43,644 nt of DNA from a virus. Lineage: Duplodnaviria; Caudoviricetes. The notes below the pieces were generated by a model. That model saw only the letters and a list, made by a program, of their open reading frames with translations, ran no database searches and was not told where the DNA came from. Below, in pieces: positions 35,356 through 43,644 of the stretch (positions within the stretch are counted from its first letter, which is position 1; every line of letters starts with the position of its first letter). Position numbers and translations under genes: made by a program. The stretch spans positions 1-43,644 of the IMG/VR virus record IMGVR_UViG_3300048631_000674. One strand, written 5' to 3'.

Positions 35356-36609
35356 ATGAGCACAGAGATTCCCACGCTGGTGATCGATCCTCGCGATGAA
35401 GAGGAGATGGTCGCGTCCGTCATCGACGCCTTGCCCGATGAGATCACCGACCGCTCACGCGCGCACTGGATCATCGCAGCCATCGAGGCCATGGGCTCGA
35501 TCTATGCCATGTGCACCTACTGGATCAACCAGTGGCCCACGAAGCTGCTGCTCAAGGTCATCGAGCTGCTCGGCATCGAGCGCGAGTCAGCGACCGCGGC
35601 GACTGCCACGCTCACCTTCACCTCGGCGGCTTCGACGGTGACGGACGTGACCGTGCCTGCGGGGACCGTGGTCAAGACAGGCTCGGGCGCGGACGCCATC
35701 GAGTTTGCCACGGACGTGGAACTCACGGTGCCTTCTGGTGGCGGCTCCGCCAACGTGGCCGCCACCGCGACCGAGACAGGCGCTGCGACCAACGTGTCTG
35801 CTGGCACGCTGACCAAGCTCGATGTGCCCGTCGCAGGCATCGCCAGCGTGACCAACGCATCGGCTGCCAGCGGTGGCCAGGACCTCGAGAGCTTGGACCA
35901 GATGATCGCCAGGACGCCGCTCGCGGTGCGTTCTCAAAACAGGATCGTGACCGACGAGGACGCGGCCAACGTCGCCGCGCGCGTCGATGGTGTATCGCGC
36001 GCCAAGGCGCTCGGCGCGCACTACTTCTTCGAGGACGAACTCAAGGGTGGGCTTGGCGCCTACGCGGTGGGCATCTTGCTCGATGGCACGCTGAACGACG
36101 GCGCGCTCTCCAGCGAACTCGAGGGAGAGATCGTCGAGGAACTTGAGAGCAAGGCCATGGCGTCGCTGCTGTTCACGCCCTTCCTCGTGCCCGTGCGTCT
36201 GGTCTACATCGAGAGCGTCGAGGTCGTCCTGAAGACGGGCTATGTGCTCGCCAGCGTCGAGGCCGCCATCGAGGCCGCGCTCGAGGAGTACCTCACCGCC
36301 TATGACCTGATCGGAGACGATGGCAGGACCATCGAGGGCAGCGGGTGGGAGTGGGGCGAGACGCTCTACGCCAACGAGATCATCTCGCTCATCGATCGGG
36401 TGGAAGGGGTGAAGCGCGTCGGTGCGATAACGTACCGCGTGAGTGACACGTATGGCGCGAGTTGGGATGGGGCACCGATATCACTAACCGACATCGCGCC
36501 TGGCAATGATGGCATGGTGTCTGAGGAGATCATCGAGCGGTTCGGACTCATCCACTGGGGAGGGGAGTTCAGCCCTCCAGTGGCATTTAGCGCCACGGCA
36601 ATCACATAG
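35356..36609 (+). CDS. Baseplate J/gp47-family protein
   Basis: LLGIERESATAATATLTF, VPAGT, SGGQDLES, RIVTDED and GVSRA motifs. Confidence 0.92.
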   Translation: MSTEIPTLVIDPRDEEEMVASVIDALPDEITDRSRAHWIIAAIEAMGSIYAMCTYWINQWPTKLLLKVIELLGIERESATAATATLTFTSAASTVTDVTVPAGTVVKTGSGADAIEFATDVELTVPSGGGSANVAATATETGAATNVSAGTLTKLDVPVAGIASVTNASAASGGQDLESLDQMIARTPLAVRSQNRIVTDEDAANVAARVDGVSRAKALGAHYFFEDELKGGLGAYAVGILLDGTLNDGALSSELEGEIVEELESKAMASLLFTPFLVPVRLVYIESVEVVLKTGYVLASVEAAIEAALEEYLTAYDLIGDDGRTIEGSGWEWGETLYANEIISLIDRVEGVKRVGAITYRVSDTYGASWDGAPISLTDIAPGNDGMVSEEIIERFGLIHWGGEFSPPVAFSATAIT

Positions 36610-37408
36610 GGCAGTCAGCGGTTGGAGAGCATCTCGGGTTTGTTCCCCCTTGATCCACCTCACAAAGGTTGTCGGCATTGCATGCAGTGCGCGATTCTTC
36701 GATGAGGACAGGGTTCGAGCCACACTCCAAAGAGGTGCCGTCGCATGTGTAGGAGATGCGGTTTATAACAATTTCACCACCGCATTCACCATCACAGCCA
36801 ACGGTCTGGCCCGCTGTGTCGCAGACGTGGCCAGCTTCATGAGGCTTGCACCCATCGCAGCAAGGTCCATCAGCTTCGGTGCACTCGCATTGCTGTTGCC
36901 CGACGCATACGCCGCTCTCGCACACGCCGTCATAGGTGCCTTCCGCCGGGGTGCCACACCCGAAGCCCTCGCGCGCTGGCACGGAGGAGCAACCCGCCAC
37001 CTCGTCACACATGGCGACCTGGCAATCGGGGTGCTCGAGCTGCGTGTCGCAAGGTGAGTTGGTCGAGGCGCCGCAGGTTCCGTCATCCTGGCAGGTGGTG
37101 CCAAGCGTGCACTCGAGGCCATCGTCGCAAGCGTCGCCCGCGTTGATGGGATCGCATCCATCGCAACACGCGGTCTCGCCGGTGCATGCGCAGTCGGGGC
37201 CTTCGTCGGCTTCAGGCATATCCGGCGCCATGTCCACAGGGGCGGTCATGTCTTGCGGCGTGGCCATGTCCTCGGTGTCAGGCATGTCCGCAGGCGGGGT
37301 CATGTCGGCGGTGGCCATGTCCCCCCAAGGTGGGGCAACCTTGCCAGGACCAGAATCGGCACAGGCGACCAGGCCGAGGGCAAACACAGCATAAAGAATC
37401 GATCGCAT
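36602..37408 (-). CDS. Cys-rich lipoprotein with DM-repeat linker (moron)
   Basis: Lipobox LGLVAC; DMATADMTPPADMP..DMAPDMP linker; many Cys motifs (CDDGLECT, GPCCDGC). Confidence 0.78.
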   Translation of the reverse strand: MRSILYAVFALGLVACADSGPGKVAPPWGDMATADMTPPADMPDTEDMATPQDMTAPVDMAPDMPEADEGPDCACTGETACCDGCDPINAGDACDDGLECTLGTTCQDDGTCGASTNSPCDTQLEHPDCQVAMCDEVAGCSSVPAREGFGCGTPAEGTYDGVCESGVCVGQQQCECTEADGPCCDGCKPHEAGHVCDTAGQTVGCDGECGGEIVINRISYTCDGTSLECGSNPVLIEESRTACNADNLCEVDQGGTNPRCSPTADCPM

Positions 37409-37483
37409 CGCGGCTCCATCGCGCATGTGATTGTGCCCAGCCTCAGATGGTGCTCTGGGGCTGGGCTTTGTTTCCGTACAAAA

Positions 37484-38641
37484 TCAACGGTGGTTGTAGA
37501 TTAAACCAAACACATCCGGCGAGTAGTATGTTTTTTGAGGAGCACTGGGCAGCTCCACAAGAATTTTCAGCTCTACTAGTTTATCAATATCACTGCGAGC
37601 CGTATTGTACGAAACCTCAAACTCATCCTGGATGAACTTGGGCAGAATTACCAAACGCTCAAAGATCTTATCGATGACCCATCCGAGTCGATTTGTGCCT
37701 TTGTCCTGCCTCATCAAGGTCAGGTAACGATCTCTCAAGGCCAAAAGGTCTTTGCACAGGTGATTGGTGGTTTCCGATGTCTCGATGACTCCTTGGAAAC
37801 AAAACTCCAGCCAGTCTTCCCATTCACCGCGAGAACTGACGTTGTAAAGGCACTCGATGTATTTGTCCCTATTACGTTCGAAGTAAGGACTCAGATAAAG
37901 CCATTGCTCATCGAAACCGCCCCACTCTCGAATGCAAAGAGCCAACAAGAGCCTTCCAACACGCCCATTTCCATCCTTGAACGGGTGGATGGTTTCAAAC
38001 TGATAATGGCAAATGAAGGCATCGACGAGGTTATGGATTTGCCGATCTTCTTTATTCAGGTGGACCTCCAGATCGGAAAGACAATTCGCAACTTCGTTTG
38101 GCGGCGGCGGCACAAACCTTGCTGGTTGTCCGATTTGTACTTGCACTTGTCTTATTTCACCTGGCTGCTTGTTATGGCCCCGGACGCCCTCGAGTAGTGT
38201 TTTGTGAAGCCGCCTGATCAGGCGGGTAGACAAAGGAAGTTCTCCCACCAAGCTCAAGCCTTGATCCAGCGCAAAACTGTAGTTTTCCACTTCCTGAAAT
38301 GCGTTTGCATCATCATCACCAAATCCACTCGCGTCAGGATGCAGGTGAAACAACGCCTGAAGTTCCGGTTCAGTGTAAGTGCCCTCCAGGTTCGATGACT
38401 TTTGGGCTTCCAGTTTCTTGATTGGAGCAAGCACTAAGTTTGGGTTTGGAAGTTGACTTCCTTGAGCCTGCAGCGCAGCCAACGCTTCGGCTGCTTTAAC
38501 CAGGAGAGGCCAGAGAGTTGGCGACCACCTGAAGCTAGTTGATAGAGGTGCTGGGACAAATGCGTGGGAGACGCCAGGTAAGTTTGCGGCTATTGGCACC
38601 ACAGTTCCCATCGAGGTGTCCTGAAAGTCGGCTGGATTCAC
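37484..38641 (-). CDS. Fic-family AMPylase (class II) with C-terminal HTH
   Basis: HPFKDGNGRVGR catalytic motif; N-terminal inhibitory SSNLEG; C-terminal EVSYNTARSDIDKLVELKIL; lower GC. Confidence 0.92.
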   Translation of the reverse strand: MNPADFQDTSMGTVVPIAANLPGVSHAFVPAPLSTSFRWSPTLWPLLVKAAEALAALQAQGSQLPNPNLVLAPIKKLEAQKSSNLEGTYTEPELQALFHLHPDASGFGDDDANAFQEVENYSFALDQGLSLVGELPLSTRLIRRLHKTLLEGVRGHNKQPGEIRQVQVQIGQPARFVPPPPNEVANCLSDLEVHLNKEDRQIHNLVDAFICHYQFETIHPFKDGNGRVGRLLLALCIREWGGFDEQWLYLSPYFERNRDKYIECLYNVSSRGEWEDWLEFCFQGVIETSETTNHLCKDLLALRDRYLTLMRQDKGTNRLGWVIDKIFERLVILPKFIQDEFEVSYNTARSDIDKLVELKILVELPSAPQKTYYSPDVFGLIYNHR

Positions 38642-38704
38642 GTTTTAAACCTTGAGGCGACAGCAGCACTTGAGGTGAAGCTGGGGGTTGGATGTTTGAT
38701 TTGC

Positions 38705-38895
38705 TTTTCAAAAAGTAACCAAAAACTGAAACAAGCCGCAATCGTTTTTCAAAAAGTCTGAAAAAACTGAAATGCAACCCATGCACTTTTCAAAAAGTAA
38801 CCAAAAACTGAAACAAGCCGCAATCGTTTTTCAAAAAGTCTGAAAAAACTGAAATGCAACCCATTCGGCATTCAAAAAGAAGCGACAAATTGAAA
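38705..38895. repeat. Five 41-bp-periodic AT-rich units (TTTCA-N16-TGAAA), including an exact 79-bp duplication
   Basis: Units start at 38705, 38746, 38787, 38828 and 38869; 38704-38782 is identical to 38786-38864. Confidence 0.9.
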
Positions 38896-39437
38896 TGGCT
38901 GACAGCTTCCTACTCCACCTCCTGCCTCCGGCATGGCGGAAGGAGCCGCTCGCGCGTGGAATCGCCAATGCGCTCGGGCGCCCGCTCGATGTGTCCAGGC
39001 GATACGCCGAGACGCTCTACCGCTACATCGACCCTGAAGGTGCGCCAGAGGATGCGCTCGACTGGTTGATGTATGTCGTGGCCTTGCCCCCCAACCGAGG
39101 GCTCTCCGCGCGTCGCAAGCGCAACTTGATCGCGACCGCATGGCAAACGTGGAGCAGCAAGGGGAGCAAGCCCGCCATCGAAGCCTGGGTGCAGGCGGTG
39201 GTGGGCGTGACCGCCGAGGTGAGGAACCTCACGAACACGGCGTTCATCGCAGGCATCAGCAAGGCCGGTGACATCTGTGGGCCTGGTGTCCTGGCGAACA
39301 AGTGGGAGATCGCGATCCCAGACGGGAGCATCGATCCCACCGAGCTGCGCAGGATCCTCGTGCCCATGGTTCCATCCCACACTTCTTACCGGATCGTCGA
39401 CCTCTTCGGCGCGGTCCTCGACGACTTCCCCGTATGA
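38895..39437 (+). CDS. Tail protein I / baseplate wedge (P2 gpI-like)
   Basis: LLHLLPPAW, IDPEGAPEDALDWL, KGSKPAIE, PSHT. Confidence 0.85.
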   Translation: MADSFLLHLLPPAWRKEPLARGIANALGRPLDVSRRYAETLYRYIDPEGAPEDALDWLMYVVALPPNRGLSARRKRNLIATAWQTWSSKGSKPAIEAWVQAVVGVTAEVRNLTNTAFIAGISKAGDICGPGVLANKWEIAIPDGSIDPTELRRILVPMVPSHTSYRIVDLFGAVLDDFPV

Positions 39438-39446
39438 GGCTACCCG

Positions 39447-39965
39447 ATGGCAAAGACAACCTTCACCGACGGCTTGACTGCGGTCGCAGCTGCGTTCCTC
39501 AACAAGATCTTCACCCACGTTCATGATGGGCTGGATCAGGATGGCAGCGCGCCCAAGGTCGACCTCGGAGCTCACACGAACCTCGATACCGGTGGAGCTG
39601 CGATCAAAGCACCAGGCCATGCAGTTGCCTGGGTGACTTATGAGGTCGATAACTCAGGGAACCTCGTGACCATCCACGAGAGTTTCAATGTGAGTTCGGT
39701 GACCATGGAATCCTCGAACGAGGTTAACCGAATCGACCTGACGAACAACGTTCGTACCGACCTCGACGGAGGCGGCAACCAAGACGATGTGTTTGCCGTC
39801 ACCGTTTGCCAAAGCCTCACCAAGGCCATCTTTGTAGGGGCGAGATCTCGAAAGCGCTCGGATGACTCCGAGGTGGTCTACGTCAACTACGAGGACGACA
39901 CTGGCGCCGCGACCGCACCGCTGGCACGCATCATCTCGGTCGTCGTCTTCGGGCAATACCCCTGA
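39447..39965 (+). CDS. Short tail-fibre-like protein
   Basis: MAKTTFTDG...AAFLN fibre-type N-terminus; AVAWV..SFNVSSVT segment. Confidence 0.55.
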   Translation: MAKTTFTDGLTAVAAAFLNKIFTHVHDGLDQDGSAPKVDLGAHTNLDTGGAAIKAPGHAVAWVTYEVDNSGNLVTIHESFNVSSVTMESSNEVNRIDLTNNVRTDLDGGGNQDDVFAVTVCQSLTKAIFVGARSRKRSDDSEVVYVNYEDDTGAATAPLARIISVVVFGQYP

Positions 39966-40651
39966 TGTACCAAGTCTTCGAACAGATCAACGAGCTCCGC
40001 CGGGAGATGCGTGGACGCCGTAAGGGCTACTACGTCTCGCTCGTGACGGACGCGGTGCAGTCATTTCGACGCTTGCAGCACGCGCCCGAATGGCTCGCTG
40101 AAGGTGCTCCCGATCTGGCAAAGCGCATCGGTTCTCCGATCCTCGATGTGATCCCGGCGGTGGGTTCGAGGTTGGCGATGATAAGCCAGGACGGAGACCC
40201 GGATCGCGCCGCATGGTTTGGTCAGGTCTGGGACGAGTTGGCGAGCGAGCTCACGGTTTGGATTCGCGCGAACCTTGCATCCGATCCAGGCCGCATCGAA
40301 CTCGGCGCGAACAAGTCGATCCACATCAGGATCGGAAGCGCAGGCGATGACGCTTCAGGTGAGTTCACGCTCACACCGCTCGATGATGGAACGGTGCGGA
40401 TCGAGACAGCGAGCGGGCAGCTCGTCATCGGAGCCGATGGCAAGATCTACCTGGGCAATGGCCTGGTGAACCTGGTCTCACTGGTGGGGGATCTCGCTGA
40501 TCGTGTGGATGACATCTGTGAGCAGATCGGCTTGGCGCAGGTGCCGACCGCGATCGGGCCTCAGACCTTGACCACGGCGCCTGTGATCTCGGGCGCGATC
40601 AAAACTGCGGTGCAGCTGATCTCTACAAACGTCGGAACCATCGAGGGTTGA
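39965..40651 (+). CDS. Baseplate spike (gpV-like)
   Basis: IPAVGSRL...GDPDRAAWFGQVW OB-fold motif followed by beta repeats. Confidence 0.7.
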   Translation: MYQVFEQINELRREMRGRRKGYYVSLVTDAVQSFRRLQHAPEWLAEGAPDLAKRIGSPILDVIPAVGSRLAMISQDGDPDRAAWFGQVWDELASELTVWIRANLASDPGRIELGANKSIHIRIGSAGDDASGEFTLTPLDDGTVRIETASGQLVIGADGKIYLGNGLVNLVSLVGDLADRVDDICEQIGLAQVPTAIGPQTLTTAPVISGAIKTAVQLISTNVGTIEG

Positions 40652-40653
40652 GC

Positions 40654-40908
40654 ATGGCCGTTGGAGACCAGACAGGCACAGACATCGCGGCCGCCATCAC
40701 TGCGCTCGGGATAGACGAGAACACGACTACCGAGGCCATCTGGCGCGCGATCGCCAAGGAGATCATCGAGAACCGCCTGGTGGCGAGCAAGCCAACGGCG
40801 AGCGGTGATCCGGGCGAGCCTGGGCAAATCCACTGGGATGGCGCTGGTGGGGAACTCTACGTCCACACGGGCTCGGGCTGGGTGAAGTTCTCGGCCTCGA
40901 CCTTCTGA
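40654..40908 (+). CDS. Small virion protein
   Basis: AIWRAIAKEII plus GQIHWD..ELYVHTGSGW fibre-type motif. Confidence 0.55.
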   Translation: MAVGDQTGTDIAAAITALGIDENTTTEAIWRAIAKEIIENRLVASKPTASGDPGEPGQIHWDGAGGELYVHTGSGWVKFSASTF

Positions 40909-40932
40909 CCTTTCAAACAAACAGGGGAGCTG

Positions 40933-41346
40933 ATGACAACGCTCTGGGACAAGTTCCAGGCAGCGGTGCGGTATGTCCGAACCACCGTTGCCGCCGCAGT
41001 CGCATCGATCCGCGTGGCGCCGACGATGACACCATTCAAGCTGCTCGATGGCGTGAGCGCAGACAACAGCGCTCCGGCCTTGAGCACCGATGGCGCCGAT
41101 GTCGCGGGATGGGCGACGCTCAATCTCTTGTGGGTCCATGGCACGCCTGGCTCCACCTCGGAGATCGAGCTCTACATCTATGATGGCGAGGACTGGATCT
41201 ACCACTCCACACAGTCGCTCTCGACAGACACCGGGCTGCTCGACGCCTGGGACATCGAGGGGACCGCCGAGCGCGTGTACGTCAGGCTCACGACGATCAG
41301 CGCTGGCAACGTCACGGTGAAGCTCACCCCGCACAACGAGTCCTGA
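40933..41346 (+). CDS. Hypothetical virion protein
   Basis: Beta-rich; ERVYVRLTTISAGNVTV; GGGGAG SD. Confidence 0.6.
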   Translation: MTTLWDKFQAAVRYVRTTVAAAVASIRVAPTMTPFKLLDGVSADNSAPALSTDGADVAGWATLNLLWVHGTPGSTSEIELYIYDGEDWIYHSTQSLSTDTGLLDAWDIEGTAERVYVRLTTISAGNVTVKLTPHNES

Positions 41347-41347
41347 T

Positions 41348-42067
41348 ATGTCCAGCCTTCGCAACAGATTTCGGGGAGGGGGTGGCAGCGAGGTCATCAC
41401 CTCGCTCGGGTGGAACGAGGACCTCGCCGCCTTGCCTTCGCTCGAGTTCGACGCGAGCCTCGCGGTGGGATGCACCGAGGGGCAAGCGAACGCGGCGCTG
41501 TCTGTGGACACTGGCGCGCTCGTGATCAACACGGCGGACGCGGTCACCGCAGGTGCGACGACGACATGGGAAGCTGTGTGGTGGATGGGAGACCCGATCA
41601 AGGATCCCGTCGATTTCTTCTGGCGCGCCGAGATGCTTTCGAGCGTGATCACGGTCAACATCCTCAGCGTGGGATTCGGCGTGTACTACCTCGAGGACGG
41701 CGCGACGATCGGCGCGAACCAGTCGGGCACCACGGACCCATGGTTCGGCTTTGGCGTCACGGCCTGGCACAAGGGGTATATGGAGGGTTTCGGAGAAGCG
41801 CCCACATCACTCAGCCAGGCGACTCACCACGCGATGCACTCGAACGTTTCACGCTATCCGAGCGCGGTTCACGCCGAGAGCCGGGGAACGTCTTACGCGT
41901 CGCTCGTCGGATTCACCGAGCAGATCAAAGACCCTCGCGATGTGACTGACGGCATCGCGGCGCCGAGCGGCGCGCGCTTTCGTCCCGCGCTCAGGGTTCA
42001 ACGCCTCGGTGGCAACGGGCAGCTCGAGGTGCGCGTCGACCAATTCCAACTCAACTGGCAACCCTGA
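41348..42067 (+). CDS. Hypothetical virion protein (possible receptor-binding, jelly-roll-like)
   Basis: Trp/Gly-rich beta protein in the distal tail region. Confidence 0.5.
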   Translation: MSSLRNRFRGGGGSEVITSLGWNEDLAALPSLEFDASLAVGCTEGQANAALSVDTGALVINTADAVTAGATTTWEAVWWMGDPIKDPVDFFWRAEMLSSVITVNILSVGFGVYYLEDGATIGANQSGTTDPWFGFGVTAWHKGYMEGFGEAPTSLSQATHHAMHSNVSRYPSAVHAESRGTSYASLVGFTEQIKDPRDVTDGIAAPSGARFRPALRVQRLGGNGQLEVRVDQFQLNWQP

Positions 42068-42076
42068 GAGGACCTC

Positions 42077-42394
42077 ATGACCGCGACATACTCCAAGCTC
42101 TACGGCGCGCGGCGCACACCCACCGCGAAGAGCACACCAGACGCAGCCAGCGAGATCGATCTCACCGGGCTGCCTGCGCGCGCGAAGATCGTCTTCGCCT
42201 TCGAGCCAGGGCGCACGGTGGACATCACCCTGCTCGATGGGTCCGGCGGCGAGCTGCTGATCACGACCACGATGGGAGGCGATGACCACTACAAGACGCC
42301 TCCGCTGCTCGTCGATGACGGCCCCTTCTCTCTCGAGAGCGCAGGCGCCGACACTGCCATCCCGCTCAGCGTGCTCGAGCAAGGGGTCTTCTGA
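42077..42394 (+). CDS. Hypothetical protein
   Basis: 105 aa ORF; GAGGA SD. Confidence 0.55.
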   Translation: MTATYSKLYGARRTPTAKSTPDAASEIDLTGLPARAKIVFAFEPGRTVDITLLDGSGGELLITTTMGGDDHYKTPPLLVDDGPFSLESAGADTAIPLSVLEQGVF

Positions 42395-42432
42395 GAACGT
42401 GAGGCGCCAACGCGTCGAACCAAGAGGTAAAC

Positions 42433-43071
42433 ATGTTGATCGATTACACCGAGATCTCTACGCGGATCGAGGACACCGCCATCTTGCAGCGCATGGGCTT
42501 TGACCATCGCGGACGCCCGCTCGCCGTCGATGGCATCGCGGGCAAGCTCACAAAGGGCGGGCGCTTCCTCAACCCGGATGTGGTCACCACGCCGATCGCG
42601 AAGGAGGCGCTCGAGGACCTGCTCGCGGGCGCGCAGGAAGAAGGCCGCCCCAACGATGGCGCCTGGGTGCGCGGTTACATGCGCAACACTCGAGGTCCAT
42701 GGTGCGCAGGCTCATCATCAACCTGGCTCGCGAGAGCACACGGTGACGAGGTGCCATACAAGAGAGGCGCGAGGCGCCTCGGTCTCGCGGTCGCCAGGGC
42801 GAGCTCCGTGGGGAAGATCGAGGACCCCTTCGAGCTCGAGCCTGATGACTTGCTGATCCTCAACCGCGACGGACCTGACGAGGGGAACGACCCGAACGAT
42901 GACTGGAGCGGGCACGTCGGCGTGATCGCAGCCGTGGACGACGATTGGATTTACACGATCGAGGGGAACGTGGGCAGCTTCCCAGCGCCGGTGCGTGTGT
43001 TTCGGCGCGCGCGCAAGGACCCGGGTAGCCCGACTTCTCCCTTCCTGTTTGGAGCGAGGTGGAACGGATGA
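42433..43071 (+). CDS. Endolysin, CHAP domain
   Basis: VDGIAGKLT (PG-binding-like), PWCAG, GHVGVI and IYTIEGN CHAP motifs. Confidence 0.85.
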   Translation: MLIDYTEISTRIEDTAILQRMGFDHRGRPLAVDGIAGKLTKGGRFLNPDVVTTPIAKEALEDLLAGAQEEGRPNDGAWVRGYMRNTRGPWCAGSSSTWLARAHGDEVPYKRGARRLGLAVARASSVGKIEDPFELEPDDLLILNRDGPDEGNDPNDDWSGHVGVIAAVDDDWIYTIEGNVGSFPAPVRVFRRARKDPGSPTSPFLFGARWNG

Positions 43072-43358
43072 CAGACGCAAAGACAGACAAGCCCCTCGAC
43101 CAGGCGCACGAGCGCGCTGGCTATTTCCTGATCCTGGTGGGTGGGCTGATCGCGCTGCTCGCCGCCGGCGCCGTGCTCTCTGCGGCCCTCGGTGCGCAAC
43201 TCGATTCCGATGTGAAACCCCTCGTGTACGTCGCTGCCATTGGCGCGGCGCTCGCCGGTTTCGGGACGGTGACGTTGCTCGGGGTCAAGCACTACGCGGG
43301 GCTCTCCATCAAAGCAGGTCAGGCAGAAGCCAGGATCGAAGGAAGGGCCGATGACTGA
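43068..43358 (+). CDS. Putative holin (2 TM)
   Basis: Two hydrophobic helices; ATGA-coupled to the endolysin. Confidence 0.6.
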   Translation: MTDAKTDKPLDQAHERAGYFLILVGGLIALLAAGAVLSAALGAQLDSDVKPLVYVAAIGAALAGFGTVTLLGVKHYAGLSIKAGQAEARIEGRADD

Positions 43359-43644
43359 AGGCAAGCAAGACGCTCTCAAACAAGGCATCGCCGCTGCGAT
43401 CGTCGCGTTGGTGGTGTCCGCACTGACCACGGCCGCTGTCTCTTGGGGGATGCTCCAGCGTCATGACGAGAGGATCGGTGTGCTCGAGCGTGGTGACGCC
43501 GCAAGGCAGGTCGCGGACACCGCGCGCGACGAGAAGATCGACAACCTCCAGCGCCTCATGATTCGAGTAGACGAGCGTACCGCTGGGACCGACGCGCGCC
43601 TCCAACGAATGGAGCGCGCCATGGATAGACGAAGCCAGCCATGA
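43351..43644 (+). CDS. Membrane-anchored coiled-coil lysis-module protein
   Basis: One N-terminal TM then a coiled coil (KIDNLQRLMIRVDERT). Confidence 0.55.
   Translation: MTEGKQDALKQGIAAAIVALVVSALTTAAVSWGMLQRHDERIGVLERGDAARQVADTARDEKIDNLQRLMIRVDERTAGTDARLQRMERAMDRRSQP

Larger units (their letters stand above)
1..43644. mobile_element. Temperate myovirus / prophage genome (integrase to lysis module)
   Basis: Ordered int-xis, early, regulator, replication, terminase, portal, capsid, sheath/tube, tape measure, baseplate and lysis genes; no host housekeeping block. Confidence 0.95.

Noticed and set aside
38705-38895. CRISPR mini-array
   Set aside because: Linkers are only 14 nt and are themselves repeated; no cas genes in the window.
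39447-42394. Diversity-generating retroelement or invertible fibre cassette
   Set aside because: No reverse transcriptase, invertase, TR/VR pair or flanking inverted repeats seen.
1-43644. Very frequent CTCGAG hexamer
   Set aside because: Explained by preferred Leu-Glu codons (CTC GAG); no positional pattern seen.

Overview
The window is a near-complete, GC-rich temperate myovirus (contractile-tail prophage) genome running from a tyrosine integrase (1-1134) to lysis genes (42433-43644). No att site is visible because the window starts at the int stop codon. The host is probably Myxococcota/Bradymonadia-like, inferred only from Cys-rich DM-repeat lipoprotein cargo and codon style. Layout: (i) leftward early operon (xis, MazG-like, adenine MTase, CsrA homologue, UvrD helicase, RecT-like); (ii) switch region with one short XRE regulator and four copies of a 23-bp operator; (iii) rightward replication genes (initiator with 11-bp iterons, Walker-degenerate DnaC-like protein, SSB); (iv) packaging, head, tail, baseplate and lysis genes, interrupted by opposite-strand morons (RHH plus membrane protein, Cys-rich lipoprotein, Fic with a 41-bp repeat array). 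Most notable: a ~160-nt tRNA-like RNA with a 92-nt structured insert in place of the variable loop (14434-14594); a phage csrA together with a CsrB-type CAGGAUG hairpin in the integrase leader and GGA loops in other hairpins, suggesting a Csr-type post-transcriptional circuit; an OOP-like antisense sRNA with an exposed anti-SD; and a MuF minor head protein fused to a C39-like peptidase followed by a probable immunity gene. All calls come from reading motifs by eye; no database searches were run.
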